64,000 bases of DNA from an uncultured Chroococcidiopsis sp. (GCA_964248365.1 CAXTYC010000006.1:107014-171013), one strand, 5' to 3'. Positions 53,130-63,186 are shown, counted from the first letter of the stretch. Notes: generated by a model from the letters alone, not told the origin. Program-made: numbers and translations.

Positions 53130-56100
53130 ATGATGAGGTATGGTTTGCAGACACAGTTGCAAATGACCTTCTTGTCAGATCAACCAATCAAAATCGAATT
53201 GACAATTCGGGCGGGACAGCCAGAACTGCTGCAAGGACTAGATCTGTGGTTGCGCTTAGGATTACTTTCTGATGCACAGGTAAAGCAAATTTGTCAAGCA
53301 CATCTAGTTTGCTCTTTGCCAGAGTCAGGAGGCGAGAGGCAAGAGGTGAGAGGCGAGAGGTTTTCTTCCCCTCTGCCACCCAGATCCTCTGCCCCTCTGC
53401 CCCTAGCCCCAAGTCAAGCCACACCCTTAATTAGCCGCCTTCTGTCCTCTTTGATGGCAGAGATCAGTGTGGTGTGGCTGCTGTTTTTAGGGGTGTTTAT
53501 GGTGGTGGTATCCTCTGGGATACTCGCCGCTACTGGGTGGCAAAACTTCTCACCTGTAGGGCAATATTCTATTCTTTTTGGCTACACGTTGGCGTTTTGG
53601 ATTGCCAGGTTGTGGACAAGACAACAGCAAAACTTGCGTCTGACAAGTCGAATGCTGCAAATTGCTACCCTTCTGATTATCCCTGTCAACTTCTGGATGA
53701 TCGATGGATTCAATCTCTGGCGTAGTGGGTTGGGATTGGTGCTAGGGGCGATCGCCTTTGTGTGTCTTTCTGCAATTACCTCGATGCTATTACGCGCCAC
53801 CCCACGTCTACTTCGATTTAATAGTCTGGCACTTTCTTGGTTGCAATCAGGTTGGGCATTTTCTGGATTTCCTCTCATTGCTACCTACGTCGGCACAATT
53901 GGCACAGCATTTTTGCTATTTCGTTCGTTTGAAACAGAGGATCGGGAGGAATCGCAGGTAGGAATTATTGCGATCGCCTTCTCGATCTTACTCCTGATTG
54001 GTAGGGCAGTATTCAGAGCAGGTGTGCCGTTAAACCAACTTGGATTGGCTTTAGGCGTGTGTGGTTGGTTACTGTGTTGGCTAAGCCGTTATAGGCGACT
54101 TATTTGGACACAGGCTGGAATTGGGCTGCTGGTGCTGGGTTGGTTAGTTGCTGTAACAGCAGATCCACCAGTGCAAGCGATCGCTGTTAGTTGTCTAGGA
54201 ATCTGGCTATTGGCAGATAGACTAAAACGCCTATGGCAGGTACACGATTTAATTGCCTTGTTTTTGCTGGGATTACAAGCATACAGCTTGCTGTGGCGGC
54301 TGATTCCAGTTGAGGGACGACGTAATATAATCACTTTGGCAACCGAACTTGCTGGGGCAAACTTGCAGTCGTGGGAACTGATTGGACTAGCAGCCTTTCC
54401 CTATATCATTGTGACTCTAGTACTTGCCTTTCGCCTGCGCCGTTCGAGCCAACCAATTTTAGCAGACTATGCCGAACGTATGGCGCTGACGTTGGGAATT
54501 GTGCTTGCTTTGGTTAGCCTGTTTCATCCCTTAGTGCGATCGCTCTACTTGCTTGTTTCTACTCTCACGCTGGCAGTTGTTCTACTACGCACAAATCCAA
54601 GTGCATGGTTAATCTACCTCACGCACATCTGTGGATTACTAACCTTGTTTGCTTGGATCGGTTGGGGTTTTCCTAGCCTGGATAATCTGGCTTGGGCGAT
54701 CATCCTGTTAATCTGCCAGGTAGCACAGTGGAGCCTCAGTTTAGTCGCCCCAAATTCTATCTGGCGAAACAGTGCATGGCATCTTGGTTTAGCTTTGGCA
54801 GCACCCAGCTATGTGTTACTGCTGAATATCAAGCCAAATTTATATTGGAGTTTAATTTGGTTAGTTACCCCCACTTTCTTGACTTTTCTTGCTAGTCGTG
54901 CATCCTTTGCGAAATCATCTTTAGCTAGTTGGCTAAGTGTGACAACACTGCTGCTAACGCAACTCCTAACTGTAGGTAGGGTAAGCGAGTTACTAATCAG
55001 TTCAGGAATAGCCACAGTCTTAATGCTAATCAATACCCAGCAGTTATACTCTCTGATTGCTGCCGTTGTAACTGTAGGTTTTGGGCTAAGTTTTGTCGCT
55101 ACGAGTATTTGGCAGATTTGGGGATATCCTACCAATGGGCTAACAACTGTTATTGCGATCGCTCAAGGGGTATTATGGTTGTTACGCAGGGAGGCAATTA
55201 GTCGAAACACAACCCTATCTAGAATCTATACCAGAGCTTTGGATGGTTGGGCGATCGCGCTATGTCTTTTTAACCTGCTTATCCTCACTTTACAACTTCT
55301 CCGTCTATTCCTATTTCAAGTTGCAGATGTCTGGTATATTATTCTGGCAGCCATACTTTCCACAGGTGCGATCGCATATCGTCTTTGGCAACAGCCCACA
55401 AATTTGGGTTTCTATGGCATTGCTTGGGGTATAGAACTTGTAGCAGCGGCAATTGTCGGATTGACTGGTGCATCCCTAACAAATTTGGCGAACGCTAACT
55501 CTGCATTAGGTTTAATAACGCAATTTAGTATAGACGTAGCAGTGCTACGTCTCTACACACGTAGCAGTGCTACGTCTCTACCAATTAACCATTTTTTCTC
55601 CAGTTGGCACGTAATCCCGATTATTTATGCTGTTTTAGGATTAGCCTTTGCTCATCATACCTTTAGTGCAACTACTGGACTTTATACACTGGCGGCAGCA
55701 TTAACAGGAATTGGTGTGGGGCGACGACGGCACATCAAGCCGCTTACCTACCTATCAATTGCTGGGATTTCAATTGCTGCATACGAACTCTTGATTTACC
55801 AGTTATTGCAAGCCAGCGGGGGTGAACAAGGGGATGGCATCGTTTTACTTGCACTACTAGCAGCAGCGATCGCCATTATCTATCGTCTATTCTCTGGTTG
55901 GCTACTTTCCTACTGGCGACTCACTCACCAGGAATTACTAAAAATTGCCCATTTACATTGGGCGGCAGGTAGTCTTTTATCGCTTCTGGCATTTTACTTT
56001 TATTTGAGTAGTACAGGCAGCACTATTTGGATTGGTGTAACGGCAATTTTGGCAGCTTATGCAATTTGGCAGGGGCGTGATAGCGACAATTGGATCTATG

Positions 56101-56897
56101 TTGGTATGCTTGAGGCAACATCTGCGATCGCCTACCTACTTTACCGTACTTTGCCCCAATCTATACTTGTAAGTTGGGCAGGGGCGATCGCTTGTATATT
56201 TGCCTATGCTTTATATACTTTACCTTGGCAAACTTGGGGTTGGTCAAAGCAGCAGGGGCAAAAATCCGCCACCATTTTACCAGCATCTATAGTTCTGTTC
56301 ACTGCTGGGGGAATTGCTATCCAAAGTTTATTAATAGTTGCAGCCTTCTACGCCTGGTTAGCCAAAGCAGAAAATCGCATCCGTATCAGCTATTTGAGCA
56401 TTTTCCTGACAGCTTGGGCAATTGTGCGCCTACTGACACAATGGAATGTCAGCTCACCGCTTTGGTACATGAGTGCGTTGAGTGGAGCGTTACTGTATAT
56501 TACCCAAGTTGATCCAGCATTGCGATCGCCTTCCCAGAAAGAAAAACGACACATCCTACGCACCCTCGCAACTGGATTATTTTGCCTAACTGCCATTTAT
56601 CAGTCTGATCGCAGCTTATGGCAAGGGCTGTTGACAATTGTATTGAGCTTTGGTTTGATTCTGGCAGGGCTAACCCTAAAAGTTCGTGCCTTTCTCTACG
56701 TTGGTACAGCTAGCTTTATCATCAAAGTCTTGCGTCAATTATGGCTATTCATCAACAATTACTCGCTCTTGTTGTGGGCATTGGGAATTGTTGTAGGATT
56801 GATCTTAATTTGGATTGCTGCAACTTTCGAGGCGCGTCGAAGTGGGGCGATCGCTTTGATGCAATACTGGATAGGTGAATTAGAAACCTGGGAATAA
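53130..56897 (+). CDS. Large polytopic membrane protein (DUF2157-like)
   Basis: Over 1200 aa with many TM segments; LLQGLDLWLRLGLL N-terminus; true start may be 53163. Confidence 0.8.
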   Translation: MMRYGLQTQLQMTFLSDQPIKIELTIRAGQPELLQGLDLWLRLGLLSDAQVKQICQAHLVCSLPESGGERQEVRGERFSSPLPPRSSAPLPLAPSQATPLISRLLSSLMAEISVVWLLFLGVFMVVVSSGILAATGWQNFSPVGQYSILFGYTLAFWIARLWTRQQQNLRLTSRMLQIATLLIIPVNFWMIDGFNLWRSGLGLVLGAIAFVCLSAITSMLLRATPRLLRFNSLALSWLQSGWAFSGFPLIATYVGTIGTAFLLFRSFETEDREESQVGIIAIAFSILLLIGRAVFRAGVPLNQLGLALGVCGWLLCWLSRYRRLIWTQAGIGLLVLGWLVAVTADPPVQAIAVSCLGIWLLADRLKRLWQVHDLIALFLLGLQAYSLLWRLIPVEGRRNIITLATELAGANLQSWELIGLAAFPYIIVTLVLAFRLRRSSQPILADYAERMALTLGIVLALVSLFHPLVRSLYLLVSTLTLAVVLLRTNPSAWLIYLTHICGLLTLFAWIGWGFPSLDNLAWAIILLICQVAQWSLSLVAPNSIWRNSAWHLGLALAAPSYVLLLNIKPNLYWSLIWLVTPTFLTFLASRASFAKSSLASWLSVTTLLLTQLLTVGRVSELLISSGIATVLMLINTQQLYSLIAAVVTVGFGLSFVATSIWQIWGYPTNGLTTVIAIAQGVLWLLRREAISRNTTLSRIYTRALDGWAIALCLFNLLILTLQLLRLFLFQVADVWYIILAAILSTGAIAYRLWQQPTNLGFYGIAWGIELVAAAIVGLTGASLTNLANANSALGLITQFSIDVAVLRLYTRSSATSLPINHFFSSWHVIPIIYAVLGLAFAHHTFSATTGLYTLAAALTGIGVGRRRHIKPLTYLSIAGISIAAYELLIYQLLQASGGEQGDGIVLLALLAAAIAIIYRLFSGWLLSYWRLTHQELLKIAHLHWAAGSLLSLLAFYFYLSSTGSTIWIGVTAILAAYAIWQGRDSDNWIYVGMLEATSAIAYLLYRTLPQSILVSWAGAIACIFAYALYTLPWQTWGWSKQQGQKSATILPASIVLFTAGGIAIQSLLIVAAFYAWLAKAENRIRISYLSIFLTAWAIVRLLTQWNVSSPLWYMSALSGALLYITQVDPALRSPSQKEKRHILRTLATGLFCLTAIYQSDRSLWQGLLTIVLSFGLILAGLTLKVRAFLYVGTASFIIKVLRQLWLFINNYSLLLWALGIVVGLILIWIAATFEARRSGAIALMQYWIGELETWE

Positions 56898-57116
56898 TCA
56901 GCCTCGTTTCTAGGCAAAACTGCAAAGGGAAAAGGGACTCGGAAAAGCGGAAAGTGGGGGTGTTTTTAGCGAAAAGTTGGGGGGTTTTTAGCAAGGGGTC
57001 TCCCCGCCTGCCCCCCATCCCCAGAGAAAACCCCATGCCCCCCCAAGCGAGTCAAGACAGAGAGGGGGTTTCCCCCTCTTTTCCCCCAACTTTTCAAGAG
57101 AAGGGAAAAGGGAAAA

Positions 57117-57280
57117 CTCATATCTTGCACCTTGCTGCACCCGCCTTGAACTCCTTTTCAAGGCTAATAGCTTAAGTGGGTTAAAACGGACTGTAATCTA
57201 CACAGTCAGCTTAAGCTGACTTAAGTTATTAGCCTGGAAATTGATTTCCAGGCGGTGATAAGGCTGATGCAAGATCTGAG
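57117..57280. mobile_element. 164-bp MITE-like element
   Basis: Terminal IRs CTCATATCTTGCACC / GATGCAAGATCTGAG (13/15), nested internal IRs, GAAAA on both flanks. Confidence 0.7.
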
Positions 57281-57415
57281 GAAAAGGTAAAAGGTAATTT
57301 CCCCCGCGCCCCTGAATGCCCCCTCGCCCCCCTGCTTTCCTCTAGCCCCTAGCCCCTAGCCCCTAGCCTCTAATTGTTGTTATCTAACGCTACTTGTGGT
57401 AAATTAAGATTCCTT

Positions 57416-57487
57416 GGGCGATTAGCACAGTGGTAGCGCACATCCTTCACACGGATGGGGTCACTGGTTCAAATCCAGTATCGCCCA
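57416..57487 (+). tRNA. tRNA-Val(CAC)
   Basis: Acceptor GGGCGAT/ATCGCCC, D-loop TGGTA, anticodon arm CATCC-TTCACAC-GGATG, T-loop GGTTCAAATCC; no encoded CCA. Confidence 0.96.
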
Positions 57488-57853
57488 TATTTTTTTGATG
57501 GCTAAGTCTATTGAATTACAAAGCTTTCAGCCATTTATATATGTAAGGAACGGTTAAGAAATATACCGTTTCTCTTACTTGTATCAATCCCATCCTGGTA
57601 ATACAAGGCAAGGAAAACAATACAAAATTGCACAAAGTGATTTCAGATGTCTTATTTCAAATCACTGTCATATCTGCTAATTTAGCTTTGTAAGTAAACA
57701 CTTCAATTTACAATTACGTGTCTAGGCGACAATTTCGTTTGTTGGTAAGACTGTGATATTTCCAAGTTAAGAAAAACAAAGAGTAGCGATCGCTGCGCCT
57801 TGCTACTGCTGTATGCTGGCATAATTAAGGATTATCTTTTTATTGGTGAGCCA

Positions 57854-58687
57854 ATGGCATCGAAACATACTTTTGAGGAAATTACAGACCTTCTACCAAA
57901 ATTAGAATATATTCCATTACTTAAATCGATTCTACAAGAACTGAAAAAACAGAAGATTTTTAAGTTTTCTGAAGATGGTAAGCGACTCCTGATTTATGCT
58001 TATAAAATTGCTTTCGACATTGCCACAAACTCAGCCGGAAAACAATTAAATCCTTTGACTCATACTGTAGGTGTCCGAGCCGCAACAGTAAACCATGAAT
58101 CGGCAACTCAATTTTACACTTATATTAGAGCCATTGGGGATGAATTGGCAAGACAACTCAGTACTGCTAGTGGGGAGAAGCAAGCCAAAGAGTGTGTGGA
58201 ATGTCTCTGCACCTATCTATCCCAGTTCGATAGTAAAAAGGCGGCTTTACCATTTAATTATCCCTTTAGTGCAGTTTATACGCTGCGATCGCAACGCTTA
58301 AGTATAGAAGATAGTTCTAACTCAAGAACACGCACAGGTAATGAGTCGTTCATTAAAGCTCATCATCTCAATGTTCGGTTTGAAGGCTTATCACAGTTTA
58401 AACATAATTTGCTTACTAACCTCAGAACATACATTGATACTATAGCTGATTGTATGTCAGAAGATTGGGAATATCTCAATGATTTGTTAGATGAAATATC
58501 AGATACAGAACAACCAAAATCTCATTTAAATGAACTGAGAAAAATAGTGGATACTGAATCTTTGGCAAGACTGTTACGAGATATCAAAATATATTATTTG
58601 GAATACCTAAAAAGAGAATCTGCCAAAACTCATTTAATTAATATTGGGTTAAGTTATTTCTGCAAAAAGGATGGACATCAGGTTTAA
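57854..58687 (+). pseudogene. Unknown protein, probably 3'-truncated; first gene of the tRNA-Val island
   Basis: ATG 57854 with GGTGAG upstream; its last ~14 codons overlap, out of frame, an open frame that continues into the helicase. Confidence 0.55.
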
Positions 58688-61600
58688 GCTTTGTACGGGA
58701 GTATAGAGAAGCAACTGGCTGGCGTTCTGATAATAAAATAGAAATTCTTTACTTCCAGTCTGATTTTTACAATGAAAATGCCTTCGGTACGTTAGAGAAA
58801 GATCCTATCATCTGCTACCAGGAAATTTTGGAAAGTCAAGGCTTTGAAAATGTTGACATAAACCATTATAAAGACACTGGAGAATTTCTCAAGGCTGACA
58901 CCCTTCTGCTTACCCGATATTTAGGCGAGTATAGAATCTTGGTTGTAGATTTATCTACATTTACCACTTCAGCTATTCATTCCGTCAGTGACTTAAATAA
59001 CATCCAGACTTTGAAAGACTTGTTGCGTACTGAATTAAACTATGTTTGCTCCAAGTCTAGCTTTTGCGAACTCGATATTGATACAGGTGATAGTGGTAAT
59101 AGAGATAATAGGCTAAATGAAATTTATTCCAAAAATTTATCGCAATATTTCTCGGCTTTCAAGACTAAAGATAAGGAATCAGTTAAAGTAATTCAAGCCT
59201 GTAGTTACGCTTGGAGCTTTTACAAATTTCTCCTGTCTTCAGGTAAACTTACACCAATAGACCGAGTTAAGTTTAACTGCTTTGGATATAGTGACAGGAC
59301 AATTAATGGTATTGCACTAACTAAAGAAATAAATAACGGTCAAGATAATTTAGGCATTTTGAAGACTTGTCACTATATCTATAAAGAGAAAATTTCCAAA
59401 GATATTGATGAGGCTCGTAGCAATGTCCTTAAAGTTATTAAAAGCAACGCTGCAAGAAGCTTTCAAAATGGTACAGCCTTTGTTAATAAAATAATTGAGG
59501 CTAAAACAGATACGATAACTCATATTCCACATACTGAAGTATTTGAGTCGAAAAAGGACTTTTTTAATACCGCTGACAATATACCAGAATCGGTAAGAGG
59601 AACGCTAGATTTAGGACAAGAAGAAATTGAGTTAAGGAATGCTCATGCTAATTTTATCCGTCGAGTGCTTACGGATAGAAATATACTGTTTCCGTTTTTC
59701 ACAGGTAATCCTGGTATTGGTAAGACTACCGCAGTAGCAAAACAAATTATTGAACAAATAATTGAAGGTTCTCTCTTAATCTACATCAGCCCTCGCATTC
59801 AGGTAAACCTCGATATTGTCGATAAATTTACAGAAAAGAATAGCAGCCTGTTACGCTCCGATAACTTAATTTGTATCAACACAGATAGAGGAACCCTCAA
59901 CTCTGTTGATGGTGGTGGTTACGCTGTAGAATACCACAGCAATAAACTGCAAGGAAATCGTAAAATAGGAAAGGTTAAATTTATAGATGCTAGAAACACA
60001 AAAGAAAATTTATCTGAACTGCAAAGCCGATTAGTGAGATATGCAGACAACCTATTGCAGGTAGAAAACCCTAAACAGGTAGGAGTTTTAGCAAGTTTAT
60101 GTGAAGCCATTCACACCTGTATTAGTAATAATGATTTACCTAATAATATTGTTGCTACAGCTTCACTTCAGTCTCTAAAAGAAACTCATGACGGTAACAC
60201 TTCACAGCATCTGAGAAAAATATTTAGTAGTGCTTACAATTCTTCCGGCAAGCCTCCTGGCATTATCCCAAACAGGATGAAAGAAATTGCCAAGCGCATG
60301 AAAAATATTTTCATTATGATTGATGAGATTACGGGTTCTCAAGAAGGAGTAGCTTTTCTGCATGGGATTTTAGAATTTATTACTGAATATGATTTACTGA
60401 ATCCTGAGTATGGTTTCAATGTTAAGGTAATTACAGCTGATGCATCACTGACAATACAAGATGTAGTAGAAAGCCATTTATCTAATAGCAAAGTTCAAGG
60501 AGATAAAATATTCCTGAGACAAGTTTCAGAATCAATGGCTGAATGCTTGTCAATTGATAAGTTTGATTTTTTGGGTAAGCCTGCTGCTCTAATCAATGCC
60601 AATTCTTATCCCGCTTCTCGGCTGAAAATTAACTATCACGTATTTATCCAATCAGTAAGTTACGAACAGGAGATTGAGCGCGATTTTGCTTTGGAAAAAG
60701 AAGTTATTAACAAAATAAAAGAGGATATTTTTCGACTTTTAAATTTAGATGATGGTCAAATTATTGTTTACATCCAAAACAAAGAAAGCCTCAAACAGTT
60801 GATTTATGATATTGCTAAAGAACGTTTTAGTTTTAAACTGCATGAAGAATATTTAGAAATACACGCCAGTCTTTCAGAGTGGGAAGAAAAAGCGAAGATT
60901 CGGCAATACCAGGATAAAGTAAAAGTCGTATTTATGACTGCTTCTGCATCTCGCGGCTTATCTTTCCCTAACACAAAGCATCTTCTGGTAGAAATTCCAG
61001 GCTTCCAAATTGAGCAAAACTTGATGGAAGTAATTCAGGTAATTTATCGAGGAAGAGGAGGCGAACTGGATAAAGGCGAAAAAAACTTGACTTTTTACTT
61101 ATCTGACAGAGCGATTTATTATCCAAAAACAGTAGATGAGAATGGAAAACCCCTAAACGCAAATGAAGCAGTCAAACTTGCAAATCTGTCTTTACAAGAG
61201 GCTTGCTTGAATGTGTTAAACATTCTGATTATTCTTAAAGCTTCTATTATGACGAGGATTAGGGGTTCAGGTGAAATAGGCAGAAAATCTTACGTTATTA
61301 TCCCGATTGGGGGTAAAGCACTAAGTCAAGCGGGAGAAACGTTTACTGGCTCAATGGCTACTTTCTTGCAGGAGATTCGCAAGGAGCATAGGAAGCATCC
61401 AGAAGATACATTATTGCGCGATATAGATCAAACTTTATCAGAATTTCTTTCGGCTCAAAAAACTCAGATTAGCAGTCAACCTCAAAATTCATTACCCTCA
61501 AATAACCAAGAAGTATCCTATTTGTCGATTGGGTTTAAAATATTGTCACAAATGGAGAGCAATCTAGATAGATTGCTTAGCGTGCAACCAATTGAACAAA

Positions 61601-62187
61601 CCTATGTTAGAGGTAGTTTGTTAATAGTACCTTTATCTAACAAAGTTGTCAAGGAAACTAATTACATCGACTTAGATAAAATTATTGAGCCGCAGCGAAA
61701 CGAAAAGTTTCTCAGTAAAGTTAGGCTATTAGCCAAATCAAAAAAATATCCGAAACAAATTACTAGAGCAGCTTATTCTCTACTATATTTAGCACAAAAC
61801 CTTTTTTCTCAGTTGGAGCGATCGCAAAAATTAAGTCAAACTTCAGTACGCTCAAATCGGTATTACGCCTTACCCATACAGACATTTATAGTTCTTAATG
61901 CTCTCGCAGAATATTTTGAGGTTAATAGTGAGGAAGAAGCTAGACTACAAGCTTTGAAATCAAAAGGATTGAATTTATCCTTTAGAGACATATTAGCAAG
62001 GTATGTTTACACACTTGCTTTTGCACAAAGCATTTTACCTATTGACTCTAACTATCAAAATATTCCCTATGTAGTCTTCAATAGCAGTGCAATAGATAAA
62101 CTTGGAAAAAACTTATTCAATGATAATCAGCTTTTCCAGTCAAAAGAAATGAATATCCTTAATTTAATTCTCTCACAAGAAGATTGA
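58642..62187 (+). CDS. Large divergent SF2 helicase-like protein, probably 5'-truncated
   Basis: Walker A GNPGIGKTT, Ia IYISPR, Walker B IMIDEITG, III TADAS, IV IIVYIQNK, V TASASRGLSFP, VI QVIYRGRG; frame open from 58642 with no standard start codon until TTG 58828. Confidence 0.75.
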   Translation, partial: YWVKLFLQKGWTSGLSFVREYREATGWRSDNKIEILYFQSDFYNENAFGTLEKDPIICYQEILESQGFENVDINHYKDTGEFLKADTLLLTRYLGEYRILVVDLSTFTTSAIHSVSDLNNIQTLKDLLRTELNYVCSKSSFCELDIDTGDSGNRDNRLNEIYSKNLSQYFSAFKTKDKESVKVIQACSYAWSFYKFLLSSGKLTPIDRVKFNCFGYSDRTINGIALTKEINNGQDNLGILKTCHYIYKEKISKDIDEARSNVLKVIKSNAARSFQNGTAFVNKIIEAKTDTITHIPHTEVFESKKDFFNTADNIPESVRGTLDLGQEEIELRNAHANFIRRVLTDRNILFPFFTGNPGIGKTTAVAKQIIEQIIEGSLLIYISPRIQVNLDIVDKFTEKNSSLLRSDNLICINTDRGTLNSVDGGGYAVEYHSNKLQGNRKIGKVKFIDARNTKENLSELQSRLVRYADNLLQVENPKQVGVLASLCEAIHTCISNNDLPNNIVATASLQSLKETHDGNTSQHLRKIFSSAYNSSGKPPGIIPNRMKEIAKRMKNIFIMIDEITGSQEGVAFLHGILEFITEYDLLNPEYGFNVKVITADASLTIQDVVESHLSNSKVQGDKIFLRQVSESMAECLSIDKFDFLGKPAALINANSYPASRLKINYHVFIQSVSYEQEIERDFALEKEVINKIKEDIFRLLNLDDGQIIVYIQNKESLKQLIYDIAKERFSFKLHEEYLEIHASLSEWEEKAKIRQYQDKVKVVFMTASASRGLSFPNTKHLLVEIPGFQIEQNLMEVIQVIYRGRGGELDKGEKNLTFYLSDRAIYYPKTVDENGKPLNANEAVKLANLSLQEACLNVLNILIILKASIMTRIRGSGEIGRKSYVIIPIGGKALSQAGETFTGSMATFLQEIRKEHRKHPEDTLLRDIDQTLSEFLSAQKTQISSQPQNSLPSNNQEVSYLSIGFKILSQMESNLDRLLSVQPIEQTYVRGSLLIVPLSNKVVKETNYIDLDKIIEPQRNEKFLSKVRLLAKSKKYPKQITRAAYSLLYLAQNLFSQLERSQKLSQTSVRSNRYYALPIQTFIVLNALAEYFEVNSEEEARLQALKSKGLNLSFRDILARYVYTLAFAQSILPIDSNYQNIPYVVFNSSAIDKLGKNLFNDNQLFQSKEMNILNLILSQED

Positions 62188-62388
62188 ATTTAAAATTCAA
62201 CCAGTCGTTGGCAGCAAGGAGTTGATAAGCTGTAAAATTAACTAAGCTAACTCGGTGGTATCAAAGGTTCTGTCTTCACCTTCAAACCTGCTACACTTGG
62301 ATGATACTCTTCCAAAGCAATAAATTTGCTCTACCATCTACATTATACTAGTATTTGTTTGATTTGTAGTATTTTCTAATAATTGATT

Positions 62389-63186
62389 ATGCGAAGACGC
62401 TTTTTAACCTTTATTTTTTTAGGAATTGCTGCCTTTATTCTTCTGGCTGCTGTACCAAATTTTATTAACACTTCTTCCGTTCAAGCGCAGTCTAGTACTA
62501 ACTTGCTAGTATCTGCTGCTGCTAGTTTAAAGGACTCCTTAGAAGAAATTAAATCTGTTTACCAAAAAAAGAATCAAAATTTTAACATTAATTATAACTT
62601 TGGTGCTTCAGGTACTTTGCAGCAACAAATCGAAAACGGTGCTGGAGTAGATGTATTTATTTCTGCTGGTAAAAAGCAAATGGATGCTTTGCAGTCAAAA
62701 GGACTTCTTCTCAATAATACTCGACGCAATTTCTTAACTAACCGTCTAGTTTTAATTGTACCAAGTAATTCTTCAAATATTACAACTTTTCAACAGTTGA
62801 CTAGCCCTAAAGTGCAAAGAATTGCGATTGGAGAACCCAGGAGCGTACCAGTAGGACAATATACAGAAGAAGTCTTAAAAAAACTGGGTATTTTCGAGCA
62901 AATTAAATCTAAATTTGTGTTAGCAAATAATGTGCGTCAAGTTCTGGCAGCGGTAGAGAGTGGAAATGCTGATGCTGGTGTTGTATACATTACAGACGCT
63001 AATACATCAAAGCGGGTAAAAGTGGTAGAGACAGCACCAGAAAATTTGCATTCCCCTATTATCTACCTGGTAGCAATCTTGAAAGATAGTAAAAATATTC
63101 CGGCTGCTAAGGAATATGTCGAGTTTTTATTGGATAAGCAAGCTAGAGCTATATTTGAAAAATATGGGTTTGGCATAGCGAAATGA
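62389..63186 (+). CDS. modA: Molybdate ABC transporter substrate-binding protein
   Basis: VSAAASLKD, NFGASGTLQQQIENGA, SVPVGQY, DAGVVYITD. Confidence 0.95.
   Translation: MRRRFLTFIFLGIAAFILLAAVPNFINTSSVQAQSSTNLLVSAAASLKDSLEEIKSVYQKKNQNFNINYNFGASGTLQQQIENGAGVDVFISAGKKQMDALQSKGLLLNNTRRNFLTNRLVLIVPSNSSNITTFQQLTSPKVQRIAIGEPRSVPVGQYTEEVLKKLGIFEQIKSKFVLANNVRQVLAAVESGNADAGVVYITDANTSKRVKVVETAPENLHSPIIYLVAILKDSKNIPAAKEYVEFLLDKQARAIFEKYGFGIAK

Noticed and set aside
58642..62187. Helicase as Cas3, DdmD or type I/III restriction subunit
   Set aside because: No HD domain, cas genes or methyltransferase seen; Walker A lies ~350 aa in rather than near the N-terminus as I recall for DdmD, and I could not identify a PD-(D/E)xK motif.
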